Origin: a virus
Taxonomy: Duplodnaviria; Caudoviricetes
Strand: one strand, 5' to 3'
IMG/VR virus record: IMGVR_UViG_3300010370_000047
Location: 1 to 55,348 of that record
DNA length: 55,348 nucleotides
Shown: positions 36,671-45,312 of the stretch, piece after piece
How positions within the stretch are numbered: position 1 is the stretch's first letter
Layout of the letters: each line of letters begins with the position of its first letter
The notes under the pieces: generated by a model
What the model was told of the DNA's origin: nothing
The model's database searches: none
The model's input: the letters and a program-made list of their open reading frames with translations, nothing else
Made by a program: the position numbers and the translations under genes

Positions 36671-37033
36671 TCAGAAAAAACTAACTGGTGACCTCGGCTC
36701 TTCATCCTCCTCATCTTCATCGCCATCCTCATCATCTTCCTCTGCTTCATCCTCTTCACCCTCTATAAAGAATTCGGAAACGTGATAAGCGAACTCGCGT
36801 TGATGGCTATTCAGATCTTCTGAAAGACATAAGCCAGCACTAAATGAGTCAGTAACGATTCCTGCGCACGTCTCAGCATCCCGTGGGACCCCTTCGGGAT
36901 CGATGCACTCTTGCAGGAGTTGATCAGAAACGAGTAGGGCACAGATTTTGTCCAGTTTTTGGTTGGTTGCGACGAGTTGTTCGAGTACATGGCGTTGAAA
37001 ATCTTCGAATTTCTGTGACCGTGATTTTGTCAT
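36671..37033 (-). CDS. Hypothetical protein with highly acidic tail
   Basis: EGEEDEAEEDDEDGDEDEEDEE near the C-terminus. ATG 37033 is coupled to the upstream stop. Confidence 0.6.
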   Translation of the reverse strand: MTKSRSQKFEDFQRHVLEQLVATNQKLDKICALLVSDQLLQECIDPEGVPRDAETCAGIVTDSFSAGLCLSEDLNSHQREFAYHVSEFFIEGEEDEAEEDDEDGDEDEEDEEPRSPVSFF

Positions 37034-37569
37034 TGGAGTGGCGGTAAAGGGTCTACACGGTCCCAATCAAGTCCAAACGTGACTTGGGTTCCGTCGTGCC
37101 AGTTGTCCGGTCGCTGGAACACGAACCAACAGGACGTTACCGAATCCCGTGTGGATCCGATAGCCCTGAATTTAGGTCGCGGGCTGAGGACAATCATATT
37201 CGAAAGCTTATTTTTCAGTAAGAAAGTACGCCTTTTAGTGACCGGCTCTATGAATGAAAGTCTGTCTAGAATTGCTATACCCTTTTGTGCTATCTGTATT
37301 CCGTATTCCAGTATGTACTCATTGAACTCATATGATCCTAGTGTAGAAGCTACAACCCAGTCGTAATTCTTTGAGCGTTCCCCAACCCACCAGACGGGAT
37401 CCATCAGGTTCTCTGGATCCTGGTTTGTCGTCACACTGAAGTTATGGGCACGCAGCTGATCCGACAGCACGTTAAGCGGATCGTGTGGGACCAGGATCGA
37501 GCCTTGGATATACGAGTGTTTGATCAGGGCATGGGTGACCCCTTTGGGAATGCTGTAGAAGGTGTCCAC
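37030..37569 (-). CDS. DNA methyltransferase-like protein with degenerate motifs I and IV
   Basis: TFYSIP...GSILVPHD...YDWVVASTL...RLSFIEP...RDSVTSCWFVF follows the phage MTase frame (FYPTP..ILEPCAG..DW.ITNPPF..RLSFLEP..DS...WFVW). Confidence 0.6.
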   Translation of the reverse strand: MDTFYSIPKGVTHALIKHSYIQGSILVPHDPLNVLSDQLRAHNFSVTTNQDPENLMDPVWWVGERSKNYDWVVASTLGSYEFNEYILEYGIQIAQKGIAILDRLSFIEPVTKRRTFLLKNKLSNMIVLSPRPKFRAIGSTRDSVTSCWFVFQRPDNWHDGTQVTFGLDWDRVDPLPPLQ

Positions 37570-37658
37570 AAAAACCTGTTTTGATTCCAAAGTTTACCGG
37601 GGCCGCCCCGGCTGCGCGTTCATTATGTAACTAATATGAGGGATATGCCTCTTAAGAA

Positions 37659-37934
37659 ATGCTGAATCTTCAGTGGCGTACACCCGAACAGGATTTTTTA
37701 CATCGCCGTGTTCTGGCGGATGCGAAGAAGTTAGATAAGGATCAACTTTTAGAGATTTTTGCTGAAGTTCACAGCCAATACTTGTTACGTAGTCACCTCT
37801 TCGCTCGACTTTCTGCTTGGTGCGCTCGCACCGGCGTCATCCTTCCGAGTTTTCAGGAGTTACTAGAACCCAGAACTGTTGACCATCCGCTTGAGTCGGA
37901 ACGAAACCCAAACGTTGGATGTACTGACTCATAG
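37659..37934 (+). CDS. nblA: NblA-like protein, copy 2
   Basis: TPEQDFLHRR.....LDKDQL......HSQYLLR..LF..L aligns by eye to NblA. It is the lone + strand gene in the replication module. Confidence 0.5.
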   Translation: MLNLQWRTPEQDFLHRRVLADAKKLDKDQLLEIFAEVHSQYLLRSHLFARLSAWCARTGVILPSFQELLEPRTVDHPLESERNPNVGCTDS

Positions 37935-38235
37935 CGCTACGCCGTGTGGAGGTAGGCATAGAGACAATCGAGTGTCCTGCGGGTATCTCTCGAATTGCTC
38001 TCTGGGTTAGAACGAAGGCTGCTCGAAGGTGATGCAATCCTCTCGATTGTTTTCCGGATGCGGCTGAAGCTGCTCTCCTGTTTTTTCTACGCCAGTACCA
38101 ATCCCTGGCAGCTCGTTCGGAAGGAGTAATTACTAAAGCTATATTCCAAATCTTGTCATCAAACTTTTCTAAGAATATAAAAACCCAAGAATTTTTAACT
38201 TTGGTTTTATAAGTTCGAAATTTGTTCTTATTCAT
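37837..38235 (-). CDS. Hypothetical protein
   Basis: 132-aa basic ORF directly after a terminator. Confidence 0.5.
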   Translation of the reverse strand: MNKNKFRTYKTKVKNSWVFIFLEKFDDKIWNIALVITPSERAARDWYWRRKNRRAASAASGKQSRGLHHLRAAFVLTQRAIREIPAGHSIVSMPTSTRRSAMSQYIQRLGFVPTQADGQQFWVLVTPENSEG

Positions 38236-38242
38236 AAGGCAG

Positions 38243-38269
38243 AAAAAAAAGGGCAGCTTTCGCTGCCCT
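38243..38269 (-). terminator. Rho-independent terminator
   Basis: AGGGCAGC-GAAA-GCTGCCCT followed by a T-run on the minus strand. Confidence 0.9.
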
Positions 38270-38294
38270 ACTTGGCTTTCGATTGAAGTCTAAG

Positions 38295-39101
38295 TCAGAA
38301 ATCAATTCCTAAAGCTTTCGCTTGTTCTTCGGTTAACTCCACCGCCTTCTTACCCGCTGCTGGGGGCTCTGGTTTTTCTGTTTTGGCAGCGCTCGGAAGA
38401 CTCGCCTTAACATCAACAGATGCGAAGGTTCGATCAAGTCCGGATGGATTCGCTGCTGCAAATTGAGCTTTGATCTCCGTGTGGTCAGCACCGAGAGGAA
38501 GCTCGACCAGATTGGCCCCAGGAATGTGCGAACGGAGCGCCGCCGCGATGAGATTCGTTCCATCCCCTTTAATCCAGGCGTTGATATCCTCGATCAGTTT
38601 GGCTTCCTTTTCGTCGGCAGCGGGACGATCGGAGAATTCCAGTGCGTTGAAATTAATCTTGGCACCATCCGCCCCCGTCATCGGGTCGCGTTCATTAAAA
38701 GATTTTGTGACAAATTTGGACGTTGTAATAACAGAGGCGCAATTGATGCGATTGTTGTACAGAGTCTGGAAGTAGGAGATAAAGTTCTTTTGACTCGATT
38801 TACCCGAGATCATAGAAGTCGTCACACACCGAGGCGGTAGCAACCTGTGGTTAGGACTGACTCCAATGTAGGCAATCCGAAGGAATTCCTCCTGGTTGCG
38901 CATCCCGAGATTCCCGAAGAAAGGGGTGAATCCGAGCAGGATGAACTCGATGGGAATACCGTTATCATTCCGATCGACAATGGCGGAGTCAGGGTCTACG
39001 TCGGACTTCCAGCGCCGGGCTTGTAAGTCAATGCGAAGAGTGTGAGGAGGGACATTACAGAGAATTTCATCCTCGGAAAATTGGCCAGCGATAAACACCA
39101 T
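38295..39101 (-). CDS. Replication-module protein (ssDNA-binding/annealing candidate)
   Basis: Next to the SSB-like gene, with a flexible tail ending GIDF. Confidence 0.45.
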   Translation of the reverse strand: MVFIAGQFSEDEILCNVPPHTLRIDLQARRWKSDVDPDSAIVDRNDNGIPIEFILLGFTPFFGNLGMRNQEEFLRIAYIGVSPNHRLLPPRCVTTSMISGKSSQKNFISYFQTLYNNRINCASVITTSKFVTKSFNERDPMTGADGAKINFNALEFSDRPAADEKEAKLIEDINAWIKGDGTNLIAAALRSHIPGANLVELPLGADHTEIKAQFAAANPSGLDRTFASVDVKASLPSAAKTEKPEPPAAGKKAVELTEEQAKALGIDF

Positions 39102-39117
39102 TGGTAGTTACCAGGAA

Positions 39118-39762
39118 TCAGAGGGAGAAGTCGATTGAACCAAGAGCAGCGGTTGCCACTTTCCCTTTTTCGGGATCGGCTGCTTTTTTCGGAGCAGTCC
39201 GCGTGGACTTCGGCAGATAAAGGATCTTTGAGACGTTGTAGTTAAGGTATTGCTTATCGTCCTTTTCACTCGTGTTTACGTTGCCCACTGCGATTGTTGG
39301 GGTTCCGGGGGCTAACTCAGATAACTGTTTCGAAAGCTCAGCCCAGGCAGTGAGCTTGAACCACGATGTCTCATTATCTTCTGTTTGCCAGGCGAGAGAA
39401 CGGTTGGTGACTGTTGTGTCAGACAACTCAACTTCATCTGCTTTAGGACCCAGACCTCCCGTAGCTACAAACAGATTTACCGCAAGAAGATCGTCAAAGT
39501 TTTCTTTCGTAACGATCAGAATTGGTTGCATCTGTAGCACACCGTCCGGCGTTGCCCGCGTAGGACCAATCGCTAGAAATGTTTCGTCTTCGGTCAGCTT
39601 CTTAATTAACTTTCCGACGTAGTGATCTTTAGTCTGGATTAGTTGAATCTTCGTAGGTACACGCTTGTCGTTTGACGGAAGAGCTTCCGCCAACGCGTTT
39701 ACTTTTTCATCGTCTATTTCTGCTTCAGCAGTTAGTCGCAGTCCCAGGATGAAAACGTTCAT
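39118..39762 (-). CDS. SSB-like protein (tandem OB folds)
   Basis: VNLFVATGGLG...TSWFKLTAW.ELS..L.....GT.TIAVG.V matches an SSB OB fold, and the N-terminal half (MNVFILGLRL) appears to be a second copy. Confidence 0.65.
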   Translation of the reverse strand: MNVFILGLRLTAEAEIDDEKVNALAEALPSNDKRVPTKIQLIQTKDHYVGKLIKKLTEDETFLAIGPTRATPDGVLQMQPILIVTKENFDDLLAVNLFVATGGLGPKADEVELSDTTVTNRSLAWQTEDNETSWFKLTAWAELSKQLSELAPGTPTIAVGNVNTSEKDDKQYLNYNVSKILYLPKSTRTAPKKAADPEKGKVATAALGSIDFSL

Positions 39763-40294
39763 CTTTTAGTTTTCGGTAGATGGTCGATCGGTGGACGTTA
39801 AATACCTCAGCGAGCTGCTGGACGCAGGCGCCTTGGCGTCGGTAGGCTAACAGGAGTTTGAAGTCTCCGTTAGATATTTTTGTATTTCTTCCTAAAACAT
39901 AGCTGAAATGATATGGATTCACGCATTTTACGTTCTTGCAGCTAGTTTTAGACGTGTAGGCTTCTCTTGGTACATCTAAATATTTTAGAATAACGTCTCT
40001 AATGTAAAATCGTTTACTGAATGCGTAAAGACATGGGTTGTTGTTGCATACGGATCCCTCCCACAGTTTACACTCGTTTTGTTTGAAGTTATTAAAAGCT
40101 AGATCGAAGAACAACTTAGAAATATAAGAGTTCTGTGTTTCTTTATAAGTTAGAAAGAATTTATCTGGGTCAAAAACCCGAGCGATGTCGCACGCTTGGG
40201 CCTGCGCGTGGTTATTATCGTGAGCACAGATAGCTAAGTCTATACTCTTATTATTCTTAGTTATTACCAGTAAGTGGTTTGTCAGTTTATTCAA
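39725..40294 (-). CDS. Degenerate HNH + C-terminal HTH protein
   Basis: CKLWEG...KTSCKNVKCVNPYHF and VQQLAEVFNVHRSTIYR. Confidence 0.6.
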   Translation of the reverse strand: MNKLTNHLLVITKNNKSIDLAICAHDNNHAQAQACDIARVFDPDKFFLTYKETQNSYISKLFFDLAFNNFKQNECKLWEGSVCNNNPCLYAFSKRFYIRDVILKYLDVPREAYTSKTSCKNVKCVNPYHFSYVLGRNTKISNGDFKLLLAYRRQGACVQQLAEVFNVHRSTIYRKLKDERFHPGTATNC

Positions 40295-40377
40295 CGGTAA
40301 CCAATAAAAAGCTGCTGCACTTTAACTCGTCATTCCGAGTCTTCGGCAAGCAGCTTTTATTTTATCTTGATCTATTC

Positions 40378-41202
40378 TCAAGTCATAGTGTTCAGCAACT
40401 GCACAGCTTTAGGTCCGAAGGAAATACCTTGTTCCTTAGCTTGCGTCAAGATCTGTGTTTTATTCAGACCTGAGGCTAACGCTCGCTTAATAGCGTTTTC
40501 ACCGAGTGCGCCGGCTGTTCCTTGGGCGTCCACGAACTGGTTAAGGGATCCCTTCGGGTTGTAAGAGGCAGAGGGAGCGCCAGTCCAGACACCAGCCGAC
40601 AGTGAAGCTACGGGAGCAGACGGTGTTTTGTAGAACTCGCTTTCTTTTGCTTGTACTGCCTTGGCAGCTTCGGGTCCGAACTTTAAGTTCTGTTGGAAAG
40701 CCAGATCTCGGATTGCCGCATCTGATAATCCTGCTGCCCTTGCGTTTTGAACTGCCGTCAAACCGAGAGCGCCTGCTGTTGCCAAAGGCCCTGTGTAGGT
40801 TTGTAGGCTTCCTAAACCTAAACTCTTGCCTGCTTCTGCTCCGAACTTGAGTCCTTCGGTTGTCGCCATCTTCTTGATGTCTGCATCTGTGTATCCGGAC
40901 GCCCTTGCTTTGTTCAGTCCCTCAAGACCGAGGATTCCAGTGGTACCCTGTGGACCAATGTATTCGCTAAGCAATTTTTTAGCACCGTCGCTAACTTGTG
41001 CTCCGGGTGTCATAGTTACTTCCCTCGTTACTTGTGAGGATGTACGACCTAGGCGACCTCCTCGGCGATCCTTGGGAGCGAAAGTTAGTTTTAACTCGGG
41101 AAAATACTGGGCAAGTACGGACTGAGTTGCTTCACGACCCTCTCTATTGGTATACGGCAACGTGAACCCAAAGTTTTCACCAGCAAAACCGTAATCAGCC
41201 AC
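40378..41202 (-). CDS. Protein with three ~50-aa helical repeats
   Basis: G.LG.....A.A.G.....I...A......FG..A x3, with its own TATAAT at 41232-41227. Confidence 0.6.
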   Translation of the reverse strand: MADYGFAGENFGFTLPYTNREGREATQSVLAQYFPELKLTFAPKDRRGGRLGRTSSQVTREVTMTPGAQVSDGAKKLLSEYIGPQGTTGILGLEGLNKARASGYTDADIKKMATTEGLKFGAEAGKSLGLGSLQTYTGPLATAGALGLTAVQNARAAGLSDAAIRDLAFQQNLKFGPEAAKAVQAKESEFYKTPSAPVASLSAGVWTGAPSASYNPKGSLNQFVDAQGTAGALGENAIKRALASGLNKTQILTQAKEQGISFGPKAVQLLNTMT

Positions 41203-41240
41203 GTTACTTTTTAGGAATCTGTTTTGATTATAGGTTAACT

Positions 41241-41744
41241 CTACTCGTTGTTAGTTTCCTCAAAAAATCTTTTAAGTTCGTGACCTTTACGTATAACCAT
41301 ATCCAAAGTGTTCAAAGCTAATCGAGCTTCTTCATACGTTCGAAATACTTGCGCTTTATCTTGTCCGGGTACGTATGTTACTACCGATTTATCCGCCAAA
41401 ATTTTGCTAGCATACTTCCCATCAGGGTTGATGACGAGCCATACCTCGCGGAACCTTAAATGGGTGTGCGAGGCCATCTCGCTCTCTAAGTAGAGTCTGT
41501 TTTTCTTCGATATTTTAGGCGTATTTTTAGATACGCTTGTAGTTTGTTGTTTCTTAATGTTTACGGTGATTTTTTGTTGACGCTTCACTGAGCGAGCGTG
41601 GTTACTCGCCTTCAGCGGAGAGTCGAATGCCTCTGAGATTACGAAGACGCTTTCTTCGCCTGTAATAGCTCCGTAGTATTTACCGTCGCTTTTAACTGTA
41701 AAAACTTCCTTAGATGGATTTAACGGGATCTCAATGAGGTTCAT
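41241..41744 (-). CDS. Hypothetical protein
   Basis: 167 aa, abuts the polymerase stop. Confidence 0.6.
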   Translation of the reverse strand: MNLIEIPLNPSKEVFTVKSDGKYYGAITGEESVFVISEAFDSPLKASNHARSVKRQQKITVNIKKQQTTSVSKNTPKISKKNRLYLESEMASHTHLRFREVWLVINPDGKYASKILADKSVVTYVPGQDKAQVFRTYEEARLALNTLDMVIRKGHELKRFFEETNNE

Positions 41745-43640
41745 TTACTTAGCTGCCCAGGAGTCACCAATACTTGCATCCGCCGAAGCGGGAACTGCTT
41801 TAAGAACTGTTTTAGCTGCGCGAACCATAGCATCCTCCAGGATATTTTTGTACTCTTCTGCCTTATCCTCACGTACTTCGAGAACGAGTTCATCGTGAAC
41901 ACAAGCGATCAGATGAGCGTCATCATTCAAGTGCTCGTTTAAGTTGCCGATAGATATTTTTAAAATGTCAGCTCCTGATCCTTGGATCAATGTGTTTGCG
42001 CACGCCATCATCGTGGCGTCGTCATAACTCAACAGTCGGCGTCGTCCTAACGCTGTTCTGGTATACGTCCATCCGTCTTCTACCAACGCCGCTCTTTCTT
42101 TGTGCCACTGACGCAACCGTGGGTATGCGTTGTGAAACGCCATGTGCGCCACTTTTGCCTCAGACAGAGATATTACTTTCCCTGATTGTGCAGCATATGT
42201 TTTATATTTTCTGTAGCCCATGCCGTATAGTAATGCAAAATTAAGTGTTTTACCGTCTTGCCGCTCATCTTTAGTTACATCGCTTATATCCTTCTTATAA
42301 ATTAAACTAGCCGTAAGTGTGTGCAGATCTATATCCTCATTGAATGCTTTGCGCATTTGCGGTATGTTTACTAGCTCAGCTCCGAGTCGCAATTCAATCT
42401 GCGAGAAGTCACAAATAACAAGTTTGAAGCCCGGTTCTGCTACAAAGCATTCTCTAAAGTCCTTCGAGCGCGGTATCTGCTGAATATTTACAGCAAAAAC
42501 TGTTTTTTGTTTTGTTTTAGCCGTCTTGGGGGATCCACTGGACGTGAACCGACCGGAGTTAGCACCCATCTGGTTGTACCCAGAGTGAATCCTGTTTGTC
42601 AGAGGGTTTAAATTATCTATTAATTTATTCACGTGCTCTAGTCTTGTCTCTATTTTTACTCGTTCGCGGTACAGAATTACCGTAGGGTTATCACTATCGA
42701 ACTCAGCTAGTGCAATCTGACTTAAGGTTGCTTTTTCAGATTTAGCATCGGTCGGTAACGCGATACCCGCTGCTTTAAAAGCTTTTACAACCTGCGCTGT
42801 GGATCCTGGGTTGAATTCCTTCTTCGGGTTCTTACCTACAGCTGGTTTCCCGTCTATCCCTCGCGGCAGCTTGCTCTCTTCTGGCAGTGCCGCATCTAGG
42901 GATTCAATAAATTCCCTGGTTTTACTTTCTAAATCTTCCTCGATCTTTGCTCTTAAATTCTTAAGTTTGGTTACATCAGCAGCGAATCCCTTATAACACA
43001 TACGTGCTACAGGTCGTACACACTTACTCTCTATCGAATAGATACCAAGAAGTTCTTCTTCTTTTAATTCATTCAGTTGATCTGCTGCAATCTTCGGCAG
43101 GATATCCACGTCGCGTGCTGCATATTCGATTTGTTCTAATGTCAGCTCTTCTGCTGACCAATCGGTCATCCGCTGTTCCTTACTGATCTCCAGCTGTAAT
43201 CTTCTTTCCGCTACAGCTTTTAATCCGCATGAAACATCCGCAAAGTATGGTTTGCCGATCTTCGGACTAAACTTCTTCTCCTTAAACCCGGCCCTGAGGA
43301 CCCTTTCCGCAATATACGTATCGAAAATCTTATTATTGAAGTCTATTCCTAGGTAATAAAAAAACTGTAGATCAAAATTTAGATTGTGCCCGATTAACAT
43401 TCCTCGGGTTTCAATTAGCTGTTTTAGCTCCTTAGTGATATCGAATTTGAACAAATCAAATACGTAAATAGTTCTGTTCTCTTTGGTTGGATCCGCATCA
43501 CACAGTTGGAGCAGGCGCGGTTTGGCAATGCCCGCCTGCAACCCCGTGGTTTCAAAGTCCGCGCAGAGTTTTTCGTAGTTCTTCAGGTCTTCGACGGCCT
43601 TTAACGCCGCTTCTGCTTCTGTGAGGTACTGGGTGTTCAT
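41745..43640 (-). CDS. polA: Family A DNA polymerase with 3'-5' exonuclease
   Basis: ExoI DFETTG, ExoII HNLNFD, ExoIII YAARD. Motif A DFSQIELR, motif B RQDGKTLNFALLYG (Phe at the 762-equivalent), motif C HDE. Confidence 0.95.
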   Translation of the reverse strand: MNTQYLTEAEAALKAVEDLKNYEKLCADFETTGLQAGIAKPRLLQLCDADPTKENRTIYVFDLFKFDITKELKQLIETRGMLIGHNLNFDLQFFYYLGIDFNNKIFDTYIAERVLRAGFKEKKFSPKIGKPYFADVSCGLKAVAERRLQLEISKEQRMTDWSAEELTLEQIEYAARDVDILPKIAADQLNELKEEELLGIYSIESKCVRPVARMCYKGFAADVTKLKNLRAKIEEDLESKTREFIESLDAALPEESKLPRGIDGKPAVGKNPKKEFNPGSTAQVVKAFKAAGIALPTDAKSEKATLSQIALAEFDSDNPTVILYRERVKIETRLEHVNKLIDNLNPLTNRIHSGYNQMGANSGRFTSSGSPKTAKTKQKTVFAVNIQQIPRSKDFRECFVAEPGFKLVICDFSQIELRLGAELVNIPQMRKAFNEDIDLHTLTASLIYKKDISDVTKDERQDGKTLNFALLYGMGYRKYKTYAAQSGKVISLSEAKVAHMAFHNAYPRLRQWHKERAALVEDGWTYTRTALGRRRLLSYDDATMMACANTLIQGSGADILKISIGNLNEHLNDDAHLIACVHDELVLEVREDKAEEYKNILEDAMVRAAKTVLKAVPASADASIGDSWAAK

Positions 43641-43649
43641 AAAAAACAG

Positions 43650-43681
43650 AAGAAAAAGAAAGCCCCAGAGGGCTGGGGCTT
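43650..43681 (-). terminator. Rho-independent terminator
   Basis: AAGCCCCAG-CCCT-CTGGGGCTT followed by TCTTTTTCTT. Confidence 0.85.
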
Positions 43682-43713
43682 GATGATAGTAGTTTTATTT
43701 GGGCTTGTCTAGT

Positions 43714-44523
43714 TCAAGCCATTCGGCTTTTAAAGAAGTTGAGTAGATAGCTATCGATATCAGCCCACATCTCCTTCATCATCTCTCCCTTTTCGGTAGC
43801 TCTAATTTTGTAGTAGACACGTTGCATACTTTCGGCTCGTCCACTCGTGTTCGAACGTGAGGATCCGACTGAGATCCCGCTTTTTTGCTCCACGAGATTA
43901 TGCTTGCCGCACCACTTGAGTCCTTCCCGGAGGCCAATGTAGATAGGGCTCACGTGGAATGTATGCTTTCGCTCGACACCCGGCTGTAATTCCAAGGGCT
44001 CCCAACTGTATGTGCCTGCTTTACTTACTTCGCGGAAACCTTTGAAAAGAACAGAAGCGCTAGTGATATCTGTTGTTTCCCAACAGGAGTTCGCATATTT
44101 TACTGCGATGTCTTTGAGTGTTGTCCATTCGTCATTTCGTACCGAGGTGATCAACAGAGCCGCTCCGGTTGCCCAGTAGCCGTTTGCACTGCAGAGCGTT
44201 TCGATCAGCTCTTCTACGCCTGTCTCGACGGTAGGTTCAGGTGCCTTCATCCTGGGGGCTCGTACAGCACGTACAGCAGCCTTCTCGGTCGCATCACCGC
44301 CTTTGTGGGTCACCGACATCTTGAAAGCAAGAGACGCCAGAGTCGGGTTCTCGTGCTTAACAGCCATATCAAACAGCTTCTTACTGTCGATGGTGCTGAC
44401 GTTGATTACCTTGGCGAGATCGATCTCGAAAGGTTTCCGCCGTTCCGGGTGAGCTACCTCCATGAGGGCCATTGCCTCATTGTGCTCGATTGGTGTGCTT
44501 TGCAAAAGAAATTGAAAGGTCAT
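43714..44523 (-). CDS. Hypothetical protein, possible winged-helix regulator
   Basis: LREGLKWCGKHNLVEQ...RVYYKIRATEKG resembles a PadR-type wing. Monocistronic, with palindromes upstream. Confidence 0.5.
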   Translation of the reverse strand: MTFQFLLQSTPIEHNEAMALMEVAHPERRKPFEIDLAKVINVSTIDSKKLFDMAVKHENPTLASLAFKMSVTHKGGDATEKAAVRAVRAPRMKAPEPTVETGVEELIETLCSANGYWATGAALLITSVRNDEWTTLKDIAVKYANSCWETTDITSASVLFKGFREVSKAGTYSWEPLELQPGVERKHTFHVSPIYIGLREGLKWCGKHNLVEQKSGISVGSSRSNTSGRAESMQRVYYKIRATEKGEMMKEMWADIDSYLLNFFKSRMA

Positions 44524-44533
44524 GTCTATGAGC

Positions 44534-44574
44534 CTTGACCGGTCAAGACTAACGAAGAACCTTTGACAGGTAAA
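44534..44574. promoter_or_regulatory. Tandem palindromic operator candidates
   Basis: Perfect 14-bp palindrome CTTGACCGGTCAAG (44534-44547) and TTGACAGGTAAA (44563-44574; 10/12 match). Confidence 0.55.
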
Positions 44575-44601
44575 GGTCCTAATAATTTTTTAAGGTTTGG
44601 T

Positions 44602-45093
44602 TTACCCTTTTGTCTTACCGCATACACCCGTTGTCTTTATCGCTTCTGCGCTCTCGACATTGGCTTTTCCTTTCCGGTCCCTGTCGATGACCTCTAACCA
44701 AGCTTTTATATCTTTCAGTATCTCGCAGCTAATTTCTTGTAGGTCTTGGGATTCCAGAATTACGTTGTTGTAGAGATCAGATAACTCGTGGATACCAAAC
44801 GCTTCCTTTAAATATTTTTTTACAGGTATACATATGTCGTAACTAATACCCTGCTGTACAGGGGATACAATTGATATTACTTTAGGTCTATCTATTAGCT
44901 GTATTATGGTGTCTTCAAACCAAACTTTCGTAATCGTATTTTCTTGTACTAGGATATGACTGGGAGCATAGAACTCCTTTAATAGGTATACTTCTATCTT
45001 TACTTCTAGTTCTGATTCAGTAATATTACAAGAACAGTAATGTTCTACTACCTTTTCGAAGTCCTCGTTAGTTGTCTGGTAACCTGTCGTCAA
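44602..45093 (-). CDS. Hypothetical protein
   Basis: TTG 45093 is preceded by GGAG and preferred over ATG 45183. Confidence 0.5.
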   Translation of the reverse strand: MTTGYQTTNEDFEKVVEHYCSCNITESELEVKIEVYLLKEFYAPSHILVQENTITKVWFEDTIIQLIDRPKVISIVSPVQQGISYDICIPVKKYLKEAFGIHELSDLYNNVILESQDLQEISCEILKDIKAWLEVIDRDRKGKANVESAEAIKTTGVCGKTKG

Positions 45094-45307
45094 CTCTTCT
45101 CCACAAAGGTTTTCCGTCGATTTTTCCGTAACAAACGAACAATCCGGTGCCCGTAGCATACAGGGATCCGAGGGAAGCTTCATGATAAAACTCAGGAGGA
45201 ACCTTGAAGAATGGACCGATATCTATAGCTTCTATAGCTTTTAGCGTTCTCCTGAGTTTATACTCGTCTTTAATTTTTTCGATTTCGTCTGCGGGGTCTG
45301 ACCCCAT
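45068..45307 (-). CDS. Hypothetical protein
   Basis: ATG 45307 (MGSDPAD) directly after the VWA stop. Confidence 0.5.
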   Translation of the reverse strand: MGSDPADEIEKIKDEYKLRRTLKAIEAIDIGPFFKVPPEFYHEASLGSLYATGTGLFVCYGKIDGKPLWRRVDDRLPDN

Positions 45308-45312
45308 CGTAG

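Noticed and set aside
41745-43640. Intein or intron in polA or the primase-helicase
   Set aside because: Lengths and motif spacing are normal; no intein splice-junction motifs or frame breaks seen.
44602-45183. 116-nt overlap suggesting a frameshift
   Set aside because: A TTG at 45093 with a GGAG RBS removes most of the overlap.
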